This document shows, piece by piece, positions 23,801 through 38,300 of a DNA stretch of 64,000 bases. The stretch is from NCBI RefSeq assembly GCF_009914755.1, contig NC_060940.1. The stretch is one strand, 5' to 3'. Source of the stretch: the human T2T-CHM13v2.0 reference genome, Homo sapiens. The notes under the pieces are model-generated. The model did no database searches. It was not told the origin of the DNA and saw nothing but the letters and a program-made list of their open reading frames with translations. A program made the position numbers and the translations under genes. Positions within the stretch are counted from its first letter, which is position 1. The number at the start of each line of letters is the position of its first letter.

Positions 23801-26800
23801 ATTTGCAAGTGGAGATTTCAAGCGCTTTGAGGCCAAAAGCAGAAAAGGAAATATTTTCCTATAAAAACTCGACAGAATCTTTCTCAGAAACTGCTCTGGG
23901 ATGTGTGCGTTCAACTCACAGAGTTTAACTTTTCTTTTCATTCAGCAGTTTGGAAACACTCTGTTTGGAAAGTCTGCACGTGGATATTTTGACCTCTTTG
24001 AGGCCTTCGTTGGAAACGGGTTTTTTTCATGTAAGGCTAGACAGAAGAAATCTCAGTAACTTCCTTGTGTTGTGTGTATTCAACTGACAGAGTTGAACCT
24101 TCCTTTAGACAGAGCAGATTCGAAACACTCTTTTTCTGCAATTTGCAAGTGGAAACTTCAAGCGCTTTGAGGCCAAAGGCAGAAAAGGAAATATCTTCGT
24201 ATAAAAACCCGACAGAATCACTCTCAGAAACTGCTCTGTGATGTGTGCGTTCAACTCACAGAGTTTAACTTTTCTTTTCATTCAGCAGTTTGGAAACACT
24301 CTGTTTGTAAAGTCTGCAAGTGGATATCTTGGCCTCTTAGAGGCCTTCGTTGGAAACGGGTTTTTTCATGTAAGGTTAGACAGAGGAATTCCCAGTAACT
24401 TCCTTGTGTTGTGTGCATTCAACTCACAGAGTTGAATGATTCTTTACACAGAGCAGATTTGAGACACTCTTTTGGTGGAATTTGTAAGTGGAGAATTCAG
24501 CCGCTTTGAGGTCAACGGTAGAAAAGGAAATATCTTCGTATAAAAACTAGGCAGAATGATTCTCAGAAACTGTTTTGTGATGTGTGCGTTCAACTCACAG
24601 AGTTTAACCTTTCTTTTCAAAGAGCAGTTAGGAAACACTCTGTTTGTAAAGTCTGCAAGTGGATATTCAGACCTCTTTGAGGCCTTCGTTGGAAACGGGA
24701 TTTCTTCATATTATGCTAGACAGATGAATTCTCAGTAACTTCCTTGTGTTGTGTGTATTCAACTCACAGAGTTGAACGATCCTTTACACAGAGCAGATTT
24801 GAAACACTGTTTTTCTGGAATTTGCAAGTGGAGATTTCAGCCGCTTTGAGGTCAATGGTAGAAAAGGAAATATCTTCGTATAAAAACTAGACAGAATGAT
24901 TCTCAGAAACTCCTTTGTGATGTGTGCGTTCAACTCACAGAGTTTAACCTTTCTTTTCACAGAGCAGTTAGGAAACACTCTGTTTGTGAAGCCTGCCAGT
25001 GGATATTCGGACCTCTTTGAGGCCTTCGTTGGAAACGGGATTTCTTCATATTATGCTAGACAGAAGATTTCTCAGTAACTTCTTTGTGTTGTGTGTATGC
25101 AACTCACAGAGTTCAACCTTCCTTTAGACAGAGCAGATTTGAAACACTCTTTTTGTGGAATTTGCAAGTGGAGATTTCAAACGCTTCGATGCCAATGGTA
25201 GAAAAGGAAATATCTTCGTATAAAAACAAGACAAACTCGTTCCCAGACACTGCGTAGTGATGTGTGTGTTTAACTCACAGAGTTTAACCTTTCTTTTCAT
25301 ACAGCATTCTGGAAACCCTGTGTTTGTAAAGTCTGCAAGTGGATATTTGGACCTCTTAGATTCCTTCGTTGGAAACGGGATTTCTTCATATAATGCTAGA
25401 GGGAAGAATTCTTAGTAACTTCTTTGTGTTGTGTGTATTCAACTGACAGAGTTGAACCTTCCTTTAGACAGAGCAGATTTGAAAGTCTCTTTTTGTGGAA
25501 TTTGCAAGTGGAGATTTCAAGCGCTTTGAGGCCAAAAGCAGAAAAGGAAATATTTTCCTATAAAAACTCGACAGAATCTTTCTCAGAAACTGCTCTGGGA
25601 TGTGTGCGTTCAACTCACAGAGTTTAACTTTTCTTTTCATTCAGCAGTTTGGAAACACTCTGTTTGGAAAGTCTGCACGTGGATATTTTGACCTCTTTGA
25701 GGCCTTCGTTGGAAACGGGTTTTTTTCATGTAAGGCTAGACAGAAGAAATCTCAGTAACTTCCTTGTGTTGTGTGTATTCAACTGACAGAGTTGAACCTT
25801 CCTTTAGACAGAGCAGATTCGAAACACTCTTTTTCTGCAATTTGCAAGTGGAGACTTCAAGCGCTTTGAGGCCAAAGGCAGAAAAGGAAATATCTTCGTA
25901 TAAAAACCCGACAGAATCATTCTCAGAAACTGCTCTGTGATGTGTGCGTTCAACTCACAGAGTTTAACTTTTCTTTTCATTCAGCAGTTTGGAAACACTC
26001 TGTTTGTAAAGTCTGCAAGTGGATATCTTGGCCTCTTAGAGGCCTTCGTTGGAAACGGGTTTTTTCATGTAAGGATAGACAGAGGAATTCCCAGTAACTT
26101 CCTTGTGTTGTGTGCATTCAACTCACAGAGTTGAATGATTCTTTACACAGAGCAGATTTGAGACACTCTTTTGGTGGAATTTGTAAGTGGAGAATTCAGC
26201 CGCTTTGAGGTCAACGGTAGAAAAGGAAATATCTTCGTATAAAAACTAGACAGAATGATTCTCAGAAACTGTTTTGTGATGTGTGCGTTCAACTCACAGA
26301 GTTTAACCTTTCTTTTCAAAGAGCAGTTAGGAAACACTCTGTTTGTAAAGTCTGCAAGTGGATATTCAGACCTCTTTGAGGCCTTCGTTGGAAACGGGAT
26401 TTCTTCATATTATGCTAGACAGATGAATTCTCAGTAACTTCCTTGTGTTGTGTGTATTCAACTCACAGAGTTGAACGATCCTTTACACAGAGCAGATTTG
26501 AAACACTGTTTTTCTGGAATTTGCAAGTGGAGATTTCAGCCGCTTTGAGGTCAATGGTAGAAAAGGAAATATCTTCGTATAAAAACTAGACAGAATGATT
26601 CTCAGAAACTCCTTTGTGATGTGTGCGTTCAACTCACAGAGTTTAACCTTTCTTTTCACAGAGCAGTTAGGAAACACTCTGTTTGTGAAGCCTGCCAGTG
26701 GATAATCGGACCTCTTTGAGGCCTTCGTTGGAAACGGGATTTCTTCATATTATGCTAGACAGAAGATTTCTCAGTAACTTCTTTGTGTTGTGTGTATGCA

Positions 26801-29800
26801 ACTCACAGAGTTCAACCTTCCTTTAGAGAGAGCATATTTGAAACACTCTTTTTGTGGAATTTGCAAGTGGAGATTTCAAGCGCTTCGATGCCAATGGTAG
26901 AAAAGGAAATATCTTCGTATAAAAACAAGACAAACTCGTTCCCAGACACTGCGTAGTGATGTGTGTGTTTAACTCACAGAGTTTAACCTTTCTTTTCATA
27001 CAGCATTCTGGAAACCCTGTGTTTGTAAAGTCTGCAAGTGGATATTTGGACCTCTTAGATGCCTTCGTTGGAAACGGGATTTCTTCATATAATGCTAGAG
27101 GGAAGAATTCTTAGTAACTTCTTTGTGTTGTGTGTATTCAACTGACAGAGTTGAACCTTCCTTTAGACAGAGCAGATTTGAAAGTCTCTTTTTGTGGAAT
27201 TTGCAAGTGGAGATTTCAAGCGCTTTGAGGCCAAAAGCAGAAAAGGAAATATTTTCCTATAAAAACTCGACAGAATCATTCTCAGAAACTGCTCTGTGAT
27301 GTGTGCGTTCAACTCACAGAGTTTAACTTTTCTTTTCATTCAGCAGTTTGGAAACACTGTTTGGAAAGTCTGCACGTGGATATTTTGACCTCTTTGAGGC
27401 CTTCGTTGGAAACGGGTTTTTTTCATGTAAGGCTAGACAGAAGAAATCTCAGTAACTTCCTTGTGTTGTGTGTATTCAACTGACAGAGTTGAACCTTCCT
27501 TTAGACAGAGCAGATTCGAAACACTCTTTTTCTGCAATTTGCAAGTGGAGACTTCAAGCGCTTTGAGGCCAAAGGCAGAAAAGGAAATATCTTCGTATAA
27601 AAACCCGACAGAATCATTCTCAGAAACTGCTCTGTGATGTGTGCGTTCAACTCACAGAGTTTAACTTTTCTTTTCATTCAGCAGTTTGGAAACACTCTGT
27701 TTGTAAAGTCTGCAAGTGGATATCTTGGCCTCTTAGAGGCCTTCGTTGGAAACGGGTTTTTTCATGTAAGGATAGACAGAGGAATTCCCAGTAACTTCCT
27801 TGTGTTGTGTGCATTCAACTCACAGAGTTGAATGATTCTTTACACAGAGCAGATTTGAGACACTCTTTTGGTGGAATTTGTAAGTGGAGAATTCAGCCGC
27901 TTTGAGGTCAACGGTAGAAAAGGAAATATCTTCGTATAAAAACTAGACAGAATGATTCTCAGAAACTGTTTTGTGATGTGTGCGTTCAACTCACAGAGTT
28001 TAACCTTTCTTTTCAAAGAGCAGTTAGGAAACACTCTGTTTGTAAAGTCTGCAAGTGGATATTCAGACCTCTTTGAGGCCTTCGTTGGAAACGGGATTTC
28101 TTCATATTATGCTAGACAGATGAATTCTCAGTAACTTCCTTGTGTTGTGTGTATTCAACTCACAGAGTTGAACGATCCTTTACACAGAGCAGATTTGAAA
28201 CACTGTTTTTCTGGAATTTGCAAGTGGAGATTTCAGCCGCTTTGAGGTCAACGGTAGAAAAGGAAATATCTTCGTATAAAAACTAGACAGAATGATTCTC
28301 AGAAACTCCTTTGTGATGTGTGCGTTCAACTCACAGAGTTTAACCTTTCTTTTCACAGAGCAGTTAGGAAACACTCTGTTTGTGAAGCCTGCCAGTGGAT
28401 ATTCGGACCTCTTTGAGGCCTTCGTTGGAAACGGGATTTCTTCATATTATGCTAGACAGAAGATTTCTCAGTAACTTCTTTGTGTTGTGTGTATGCAACT
28501 CACAGAGTTCAACCTTCCTTTAGACAGAGCAGATTTGAAACACTCTTTTTGTGGAATTTGCAAGTGGAGATTTCAAGCGCTTCGATGCCAATGGTAGAAA
28601 AGGAAATATCTTCGTATAAAAACAAGACAAACTCGTTCCCAGACACTGCGTAGTGATGTGTGTGTTTAACTCACAGAGTTTAACCTTTCTTTTCATACAG
28701 CATTCTGGAAACCCTGTGTTTGTAAAGTCTGCAAGTGGATATTTGGACCTCTTAGATGCCTTCGTTGGAAACGGGATTTCTTCATATAATGCTAGAGGGA
28801 AGAATTCTTAGTAACTTCTTTGTGTTGTGTGTATTCAACTGACAGAGTTGAACCTTCCTTTAGACAGAGCAGATTTGAAAGTCTCTTTTTGTGGAATTTG
28901 CAAGTGGAGATTTCAAGCGCTTTGAGGCCAAAAGCAGAAAAGGAAATATTTTCCTATAAAAACTCGACAGAATCTTTCTCAGAAACTGCTCTGGGATGTG
29001 TGCGTTCAACTCACAGAGTTTAACTTTTCTTTTCATTCAGCAGTTTGGAAACACTCTGTTTGGAAAGTCTGCACGTGGATATTTTGACCTCTTTGAGGCC
29101 TTCGTTGGAAACGGGTTTTTTTCATGTAAGGCTAGACAGAAGAAATCTCAGTAACTTCCTTGTGTTGTGTGTATTCAACTGACAGAGTTGAACCTTCCTT
29201 TAGACAGAGCAGATTCGAAACACTCTTTTTCTGCAATTTGCAAGTGGAGACTTCAAGCGCTTTGAGGCCAAAGGCAGAAAAGGAAATATCTTCGTATAAA
29301 AACCCGACAGAATCATTCTCAGAAACTGCTCTGTGATGTGTGCGTTCAACTCACAGAGTTTAACTTTTCTTTTCATTCAGCAGTTTGGAAACACTCTGTT
29401 TGTAAAGTCTGCAAGTGGATATCTTGGCCTCTTAGAGGCCTTCGTTGGAAACGGGTTTTTTCATGTAAGGATAGACAGAGGAATTCCCAGTAACTTCCTT
29501 GTGTTGTGTGCATTCAACTCACAGAGTTGAATGATTCTTTACACAGAGCAGATTTGAGACACTCTTTTGGTGGAATTTGTAAGTGGAGAATTCAGCCGCT
29601 TTGAGGTCAACGGTAGAAAAGGAAATATCTTCGTATAAAAACTAGACAGAATGATTCTCAGAAACTGTTTTGTGATGTGTGCGTTCAACTCACAGAGTTT
29701 AACCTTTCTTTTCAAAGAGCAGTGAGGAAACACTCTGTTTGTAAAGTCTGCAAGTGGATATTCAGACCTCTTTGAGGCCTTCGTTGGAAACGGGATTTCT

Positions 29801-31031
29801 TCATATTATGCTAGACAGATGAATTCTCAGTAACTTCCTTGTGTTGTGTGTATTCAACTCACAGAGTTGAACGATCCTTTACACAGAGCAGATTTGAAAC
29901 ACTGTTTTTCTGGAATTTGCAAGTGGAGATTTCAGCCGCTTTGAGGTCAATGGTAGAAAAGGAAATATCTTCGTATAAAAACTAGACAGAATGATTCTCA
30001 GAAACTCCTTTGTGATGTGTGCGTTCAACTCACAGAGTTTAACCTTTCTTTTCACAGAGCAGTTAGGAAACACTCTGTTTGTGAAGCCTGCCAGTGGATA
30101 TTCGGACCTCTTTGAGGCCTTCGTTGGAAACGGGATTTCTTCATATTATGCTAGACAGAAGATTTCTCAGTAACTTCTTTGTGTTGTGTGTATGCAACTC
30201 ACAGAGTTCAACCTTCCTTTAGACAGAGCAGATTTGAAACACTCTTTTTGTGGAATTTGCAAGTGGAGATTTCAAGCGCTTCGATGCCAATGGTAGAAAA
30301 GGAAATATCTTCGTATAAAAACAAGACAAACTCGTTCCCAGACACTGCGTAGTGATGTGTGTGTTTAACTCACAGAGTTTAACCTTTCTTTTCATACAGC
30401 ATTCTGGAAACCCTGTGTTTGTAAAGTCTGCAAGTGGATATTTGGACCTCTTAGATGCCTTCGTTGGAAACGGGATTTCTTCATATAATGCTAGAGGGAA
30501 GAATTCTTAGTAACTTCTTTGTGTTGTGTGTATTCAACTGACAGAGTTGAACCTTCCTTTAGACAGAGCAGATTTGAAAGTCTCTTTTTGTGGAATTTGC
30601 AAGTGGAGATTTCAAGCGCTTTGAGGCCAAAAGCAGAAAAGGAAATATTTTCCTATAAAAACTCGACAGAATCTTTCTCAGAAACTGCTCTGGGACGTGT
30701 GCGTTCAACTCACAGAGTTTAACTTTTCTTTTCATTCAGCAGTTTGGAAACACTCTGTTTGGAAAGTCTGCACGTGGATATTTTGACCTCTTTGAGGCCT
30801 TTGTTGGAAACGGGTTTTTTTCATGTAAGGCTAGACAGAAGAAATCTCAGTAACTTCCTTGTGTTGTGTGTATTCAACTGACAGAGTTGAACCTTCCTTT
30901 AGACAGAGCAGATTCGAAACACTCTTTTTCTGCAATTTGCAAGTGGAGACTTCAAGCGCTTTGAGGCCAAAGGCAGAAAAGGAAATATCTTCGTATAAAA
31001 ACCCGACAGAATCATTCTCAGAAACTGCTCT

Positions 31032-32390
31032 GTGATGTGTGCGTTCAACTCACAGAGTTTAACTTTTCTATTCATTCAGCAGTTTGGAAACACTCTGTTT
31101 GTAAAGTCTGCAAGTGGATATCTTGGCCTCTTAGAGGCCTTCGTTGGAAACGGGTTTTTTCATGTAAGGTTAGACAGAGGAATTCCCAGTAACTTCCTTG
31201 TGTTGTGTGCATTCAACTCACAGAGTTGAATGATTCTTTACACAGAGCAGATTTGAGACACTCTTTTGGTGGAATTTGTAAGTGGAGAATTCAGCCGCTT
31301 TGAGGTCAACGGTAGAAAAGGAAATATCTTCGTATAAAAACTAGACAGAATGATTCTCAGAAACTCCTTTGTGATGTGTGCGTTCAACTCACAGAGTTTA
31401 ACCTTTCTTTTCACAGAGCAGTTAGGAAACACTCTGTTTGTGAAGCCTGCCAGTGTATATTCGGACCTCTTTGAGGCCTTCGTTGGAAACGGGATTTCTT
31501 CATATTATGCTAGACAGAAGATTTCTCAGTAACTTCTTTGTGTTGTGTGTATGCAACTCACAGAGTTCAACCTTCCTTTAGAGAGAGCATATTTGAAACA
31601 CTCTTTTTGTGGAATTTGCAAGTGGAGATTTCAAGCGCTTCGATGCCAATGGTAGAAAAGGAAATATCTTCGTATAAAAACAAGACAAACTCGTTCCCAG
31701 ACACTGCGTAGTGATGTGTGTGTTTAACTCACAGAGTTTAACCTTTCTTTTCATACAGCATTCTGGAAACCCTGTGTTTGTAAAGTCTGCAAGTGGATAT
31801 TTGGACCTCTTAGATGCCTTCGTTGGAAACCGGATTTCTTCATATAATGCTAGAGGGAAGAATTCTTAGTAACTTCTTTGTGTTGTGTGTATTCAACTGA
31901 CAGAGTTGAACCTTCCTTTAGACAGAGCAGATTTGAAAGTCTCTTTTTGTGGAATTTGCAAGTGGAGATTTCAAGCGCTTTGAGGCCAAAAGCAGAAAAG
32001 GAAATATTTTCCTATAAAAACTCGACAGAATCTTTCTCAGAAACTGCTCTGGGATGTGTGCGTTCAACTCACAGAGTTTAACTTTTCTTTTCATTCAGCA
32101 GTTTGGAAACACTCTGTTTGGAAAGTCTGCACGTGGATATTTTGACCTCTTTGAGGCCTTCGTTGGAAACGGGTTTTTTTCATGTAAGGCTAGACAGAAG
32201 AAATCTCAGTAACTTCCTTGTGTTGTGTGTATTCAACTGACAGAGTTGAACCTTCCTTTAGACAGAGCAGATTCGAAACACTCTTTTTCTGCAATTTGCA
32301 AGTGGAGACTTCAAGCGCTTTGAGGCCAAAGGCAGAAAAGGAAATATCTTCGTATAAAAACCCGACAGAATCATTCTCAGAAACTGCTCT
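31032..32390. repeat. 8-mer structural-variant HOR, copy 2
   Basis: Anchor spacing 31032 to 32391 is 1,359; same junction at 31311-31365. Confidence 0.95.
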
Positions 32391-35300
32391 GTGATGTGTG
32401 CGTTCAACTCACAGAGTTTAACTTTTCTTTTCATTCAGCAGTTTGGAAACACTCTGTTTGTAAAGTCTGCAAGTGGATATCTTGGCCTCTTAGAGGCCTT
32501 CGTTGGAAACGGGTTTTTTCATGTAAGGATAGACAGAGGAATTCCCAGTAACTTCCTTGTGTTGTGTGCATTCAACTCACAGAGTTGAATGATTCTTTAC
32601 ACAGAGCAGATTTGAGACACTCTTTTGGTGGAATTTGTAAGTGGAGAATTCAGCCGCTTTGAGGTCAACGGTAGAAAAGGAAATATCTTCGTATAAAAAC
32701 TAGACAGAATGATTCTCAGAAACTGTTTTGTGATGTGTGCGTTCAACTCACAGAGTTTAACCTTTCTTTTCAAAGAGCAGTTAGGAAACACTCTGTTTGT
32801 AAAGTCTGCAAGTGGATATTCAGACCTCTTTGAGGCCTTCGTTGGAAACGGGATTTCTTCATATTATGCTAGACAGATGAATTCTCAGTAACTTCCTTGT
32901 GTTGTGTGTATTCAACTCACAGAGTTGAACGATCCTTTACACAGAGCAGATTTGAAACACTGTTTTTCTGGAATTTGCAAGTGGAGATTTCAGCTGCTTT
33001 GAGGTCAATGGTAGAAAAGGAAATATCTTCGTATAAAAACTAGACAGAATGATTCTCAGAAACTCCTTTGTGATGTGTGCGTTCAACTCACAGAGTTTAA
33101 CCTTTCTTTTCACAGAGCAGTTAGGAAACACTCTGTTTGTGAAGCCTGCCAGTGGATATTCGGACCTCTTTGAGGCCTTCGTTGGAAACGGGATTTCTTC
33201 ATATTATGCTAGACAGAAGATTTCTCAGTAACTTCTTTGTGTTGTGTGTATGCAACTCACAGAGTTCAACCTTCCTTTAGACAGAGCACATTTGAAACAC
33301 TCTTTTTGTGGAATTTGCAAGTGGAGATTTCAAGCGCTTCGATGCCAATGGTAGAAAAGGAAATATCTTCGGATAAAAACAAGACAAACTCGTTCCCAGA
33401 CACTGCGTAGTGATGTGTGTGTTTAACTCACAGAGTTTAACCTTTCTTTTCATACAGCATTCTGGAAACCCTCTGTTTGTAAAGTCTGCAAGTGGATATT
33501 TGGACCTCTTAGATGCCTTCGTTGGAAACGGGATTTCTTCATATAATGCTAGAGGGAAGAATTCTTAGTAACTTCTTTGTGTTGTGTGTATTCAACTGAC
33601 AGAGTTGAACCTTCCTTTAGACAGAGCAGATTTGAAAGTCTCTTTTTGTGGAATTTGCAAGTGGAGATTTCAAGCGCTTTGAGGCCAAAAGCAGAAAAGG
33701 AAATATTTTCCTATAAAAACTAGACAGAATCTTTCTCAGAAACTGCTCTGGGATGTGTGCGTTCAACTCACAGAGTTTAACTTTTCTTTTCATTCAGCAG
33801 TTTGGAAACACTCTGTTTGGAAAGTCTGCACGTGGATATTTTGACCTCTTTGAGGCCTTCGTTGGAAACGGGTTTTTTTCATGTAAGGCTAGACAGAAGA
33901 AATCTCAGTAACTTCCTTGTGTTGTGTGTATTCAACTGACAGAGTTGAACCTTCCTTTAGACAGAGCAGATTCGAAACACTCTTTTTCTGCAATTTGCAA
34001 GTGGAGACTTCAAGCGCTTTGAGGCCAAAGGCAGAAAAGGAAATATCTTCGTATAAAAACCCGACAGAATCATTCTCAGAAACTGCTCTGTGATGTGTGC
34101 GTTCAACTCACAGAGTTTAACTTTTCTTTTCATTCAGCAGTTTGGAAACACTCTGTTTGTAAAGTCTGCAAGTGGATATCTTGGCCTCTTAGAGGCCTTC
34201 GTTGGAAACGGGTTTTTTCATGTAAGGTTAGACAGAGGAATTCCCAGTAACTTCCTTGTGTTGTGTGCATTCAACTCACAGAGTTGAATGATTCTTTACA
34301 CAGAGCAGATTTGAGACACTCTTTTGGTGGAATTTGTAAGTGGAGAATTCAGCCGCTTTGAGGTCAACGGTAGAAAAGGAAATATCTTCGTATAAAAACT
34401 AGACAGAATGATTCTCAGAAACTGTTTTGTGATGTGTGCGTTCAACTCACAGAGTTTAACCTTTCTTTTCAAAGAGCAGTTAGGAAACACTCTGTTTGTA
34501 AAGTCTGCAAGTGGATATTCAGACCTCTTTGAGGCCTTCGTTGGAAACGGGATTTCTTCATATTATGCTAGACAGATGAATTCTCAGTAACTTCCTTGTG
34601 TTGTGTGTATTCAACTCACAGAGTTGAACGATCCTTTACACAGAGCAGATTTGAAACACTGTTTTTCTGGAATTTGCAAGTGGAGATTTCAGCCGCTTTG
34701 AGGTCAATGGTAGAAAAGGAAATATCTTCGTATAAAAACTAGACAGAATGATTCTCAGAAACTCCTTTGTGATGTGTGCGTTCAACTCACAGAGTTTAAC
34801 CTTTCTTTTCACAGAGCAGTTAGGAAACACTCTGTTTGTGAAGCCTGCCAGTGGATATTCGGACCTCTTTGAGGCCTTCGTTGGAAACGGGATTTCTTCA
34901 TATTATGCTAGACAGAAGATTTCTCAGTAACTTCTTTGTGTTGTGTGTATGCAACTCACAGAGTTCAACCTTCCTTTAGACAGAGCAGATTTGAAACACT
35001 CTTTTTGTGGAATTTGCAAGTGGAGATTTCAAGCGCTTCGATGCCAATGGTAGAAAAGGAAATATCTTCGTATAAAAACAAGACAAACTCGTTCCCAGAC
35101 ACTGCGTAGTGATGTGTGTGTTTAACTCACAGAGTTTAACCTTTCTTTTCATACAGCATTCTGGAAACCCTGTGTTTGTAAAGTCTGCAAGTGGATATTT
35201 GGACCTCTTAGATGCCTTCGTTGGAAACGGGATTTCTTCATATAATGCTAGAGGGAAGAATTCTTAGTAACTTCTTTGTGTTGTGTGTATTCAACTGACA

Positions 35301-38300
35301 GAGTTGAACCTTCCTTTAGACAGAGCAGATTTGAAAGTCTCTTTTTGTGGAATTTGCAAGTGGAGATTTCAAGCGCTTTGAGGCCAAAAGCAGAAAAGGA
35401 AATATTTTCCTATAAAAACTCGACAGAATCTTTCTCAGAAACTGCTCTGGGATGTGTGCGTTCAACTCACAGAGTTTAACTTTTCTTTTCATTCAGCAGT
35501 TTGGAAACACTCTGTTTGGAAAGTCTGCACGTGGATATTTTGACCTCTTTGAGGCCTTCGTTGGAAACGGGTTTTTTTCATGTAAGGCTAGACAGAAGAA
35601 ATCTCAGTAACTTCCTTGTGTTGTGTGTATTCAACTGACAGAGTTGAACCTTCCTTTAGACAGAGCAGATTCGAAACACTCTTTTTCTGCAATTTGCAAG
35701 TGGAAACTTCAAGCGCTTTGAGGCCAAAGGCAGAAAAGGAAATATCTTCGTATAAAAACCCGACAGAATCACTCTCAGAAACTGCTCTGTGATGTGTGCG
35801 TTCAACTCACAGAGTTTAACTTTTCTTTTCATTCAGCAGTTTGGAAACACTCTGTTTGTAAAGTCTGCAAGTGGATATCTTGGCCTCTTAGAGGCCTTCG
35901 TTGGAAACGGGTTTTTTCATGTAAGGTTAGACAGAGGAATTCCCAGTAACTTCCTTGTGTTGTGTGCATTCAACTCACAGAGTTGAATGATTCTTTACAC
36001 AGAGCAGATTTGAGACACTCTTTTGGTGGAATTTGTAAGTGGAGAATTCAGCCGCTTTGAGGTCAACGGTAGAAAAGGAAATATCTTCGTATAAAAACTA
36101 GGCAGAATGATTCTCAGAAACTGTTTTGTGATGTGTGCGTTCAACTCACAGAGTTTAACCTTTCTTTTCAAAGAGCAGTTAGGAAACACTCTGTTTGTAA
36201 AGTCTGCAAGTGGATATTCAGACCTCTTTGAGGCCTTCGTTGGAAACGGGATTTCTTCATATTATGCTAGACAGATGAATTCTCAGTAACTTCCTTGTGT
36301 TGTGTGTATTCAACTCACAGAGTTGAACGATCCTTTACACAGAGCAGATTTGAAACACTGTTTTTCTGGAATTTGCAAGTGGAGATTTCAGCCGCTTTGA
36401 GGTCAATGGTAGAAAAGGAAATATCTTCGTATAAAAACTAGACAGAATGATTCTCAGAAACTCCTTTGTGATGTGTGCGTTCAACTCACAGAGTTTAACC
36501 TTTCTTTTCACAGAGCAGTTAGGAAACACTCTGTTTGTGAAGCCTGCCAGTGGATATTCGGACCTCTTTGAGGCCTTCGTTGGAAACGGGATTTCTTCAT
36601 ATTATGCTAGACAGAAGATTTCTCAGTAACTTCTTTGTGTTGTGTGTATGCAACTCACAGAGTTCAACCTTCCTTTAGACAGAGCAGATTTGAAACACTC
36701 TTTTTGTGGAATTTGCAAGTGGAGATTTCAAACGCTTCGATGCCAATGGTAGAAAAGGAAATATCTTCGTATAAAAACAAGACAAACTCGTTCCCAGACA
36801 CTGCGTAGTGATGTGTGTGTTTAACTCACAGAGTTTAACCTTTCTTTTCATACAGCATTCTGGAAACCCTGTGTTTGTAAAGTCTGCAAGTGGATATTTG
36901 GACCTCTTAGATTCCTTCGTTGGAAACGGGATTTCTTCATATAATGCTAGAGGGAAGAATTCTTAGTAACTTCTTTGTGTTGTGTGTATTCAACTGACAG
37001 AGTTGAACCTTCCTTTAGACAGAGCAGATTTGAAAGTCTCTTTTTGTGGAATTTGCAAGTGGAGATTTCAAGCGCTTTGAGGCCAAAAGCAGAAAAGGAA
37101 ATATTTTCCTATAAAAACTCGACAGAATCTTTCTCAGAAACTGCTCTGGGATGTGTGCGTTCAACTCACAGAGTTTAACTTTTCTTTTCATTCAGCAGTT
37201 TGGAAACACTCTGTTTGGAAAGTCTGCACGTGGATATTTTGACCTCTTTGAGGCCTTCGTTGGAAACGGGTTTTTTTCATGTAAGGCTAGACAGAAGAAA
37301 TCTCAGTAACTTCCTTGTGTTGTGTGTATTCAACTGACAGAGTTGAACCTTCCTTTAGACAGAGCAGATTCGAAACACTCTTTTTCTGCAATTTGCAAGT
37401 GGAGACTTCAAGCGCTTTGAGGCCAAAGGCAGAAAAGGAAATATCTTCGTATAAAAACCCGACAGAATCATTCTCAGAAACTGCTCTGTGATGTGTGCGT
37501 TCAACTCACAGAGTTTAACTTTTCTTTTCATTCAGCAGTTTGGAAACACTCTGTTTGTAAAGTCTGCAAGTGGATATCTTGGCCTCTTAGAGGCCTTCGT
37601 TGGAAACGGGTTTTTTCATGTAAGGATAGACAGAGGAATTCCCAGTAACTTCCTTGTGTTGTGTGCATTCAACTCACAGAGTTGAATGATTCTTTACACA
37701 GAGCAGATTTGAGACACTCTTTTGGTGGAATTTGTAAGTGGAGAATTCAGCCGCTTTGAGGTCAACGGTAGAAAAGGAAATATCTTCGTATAAAAACTAG
37801 ACAGAATGATTCTCAGAAACTGTTTTGTGATGTGTGCGTTCAACTCACAGAGTTTAACCTTTCTTTTCAAAGAGCAGTTAGGAAACACTCTGTTTGTAAA
37901 GTCTGCAAGTGGATATTCAGACCTCTTTGAGGCCTTCGTTGGAAACGGGATTTCTTCATATTATGCTAGACAGATGAATTCTCAGTAACTTCCTTGTGTT
38001 GTGTGTATTCAACTCACAGAGTTGAACGATCCTTTACACAGAGCAGATTTGAAACACTGTTTTTCTGGAATTTGCAAGTGGAGATTTCAGCCGCTTTGAG
38101 GTCAATGGTAGAAAAGGAAATATCTTCGTATAAAAACTAGACAGAATGATTCTCAGAAACTCCTTTGTGATGTGTGCGTTCAACTCACAGAGTTTAACCT
38201 TTCTTTTCACAGAGCAGTTAGGAAACACTCTGTTTGTGAAGCCTGCCAGTGGATAATCGGACCTCTTTGAGGCCTTCGTTGGAAACGGGATTTCTTCATA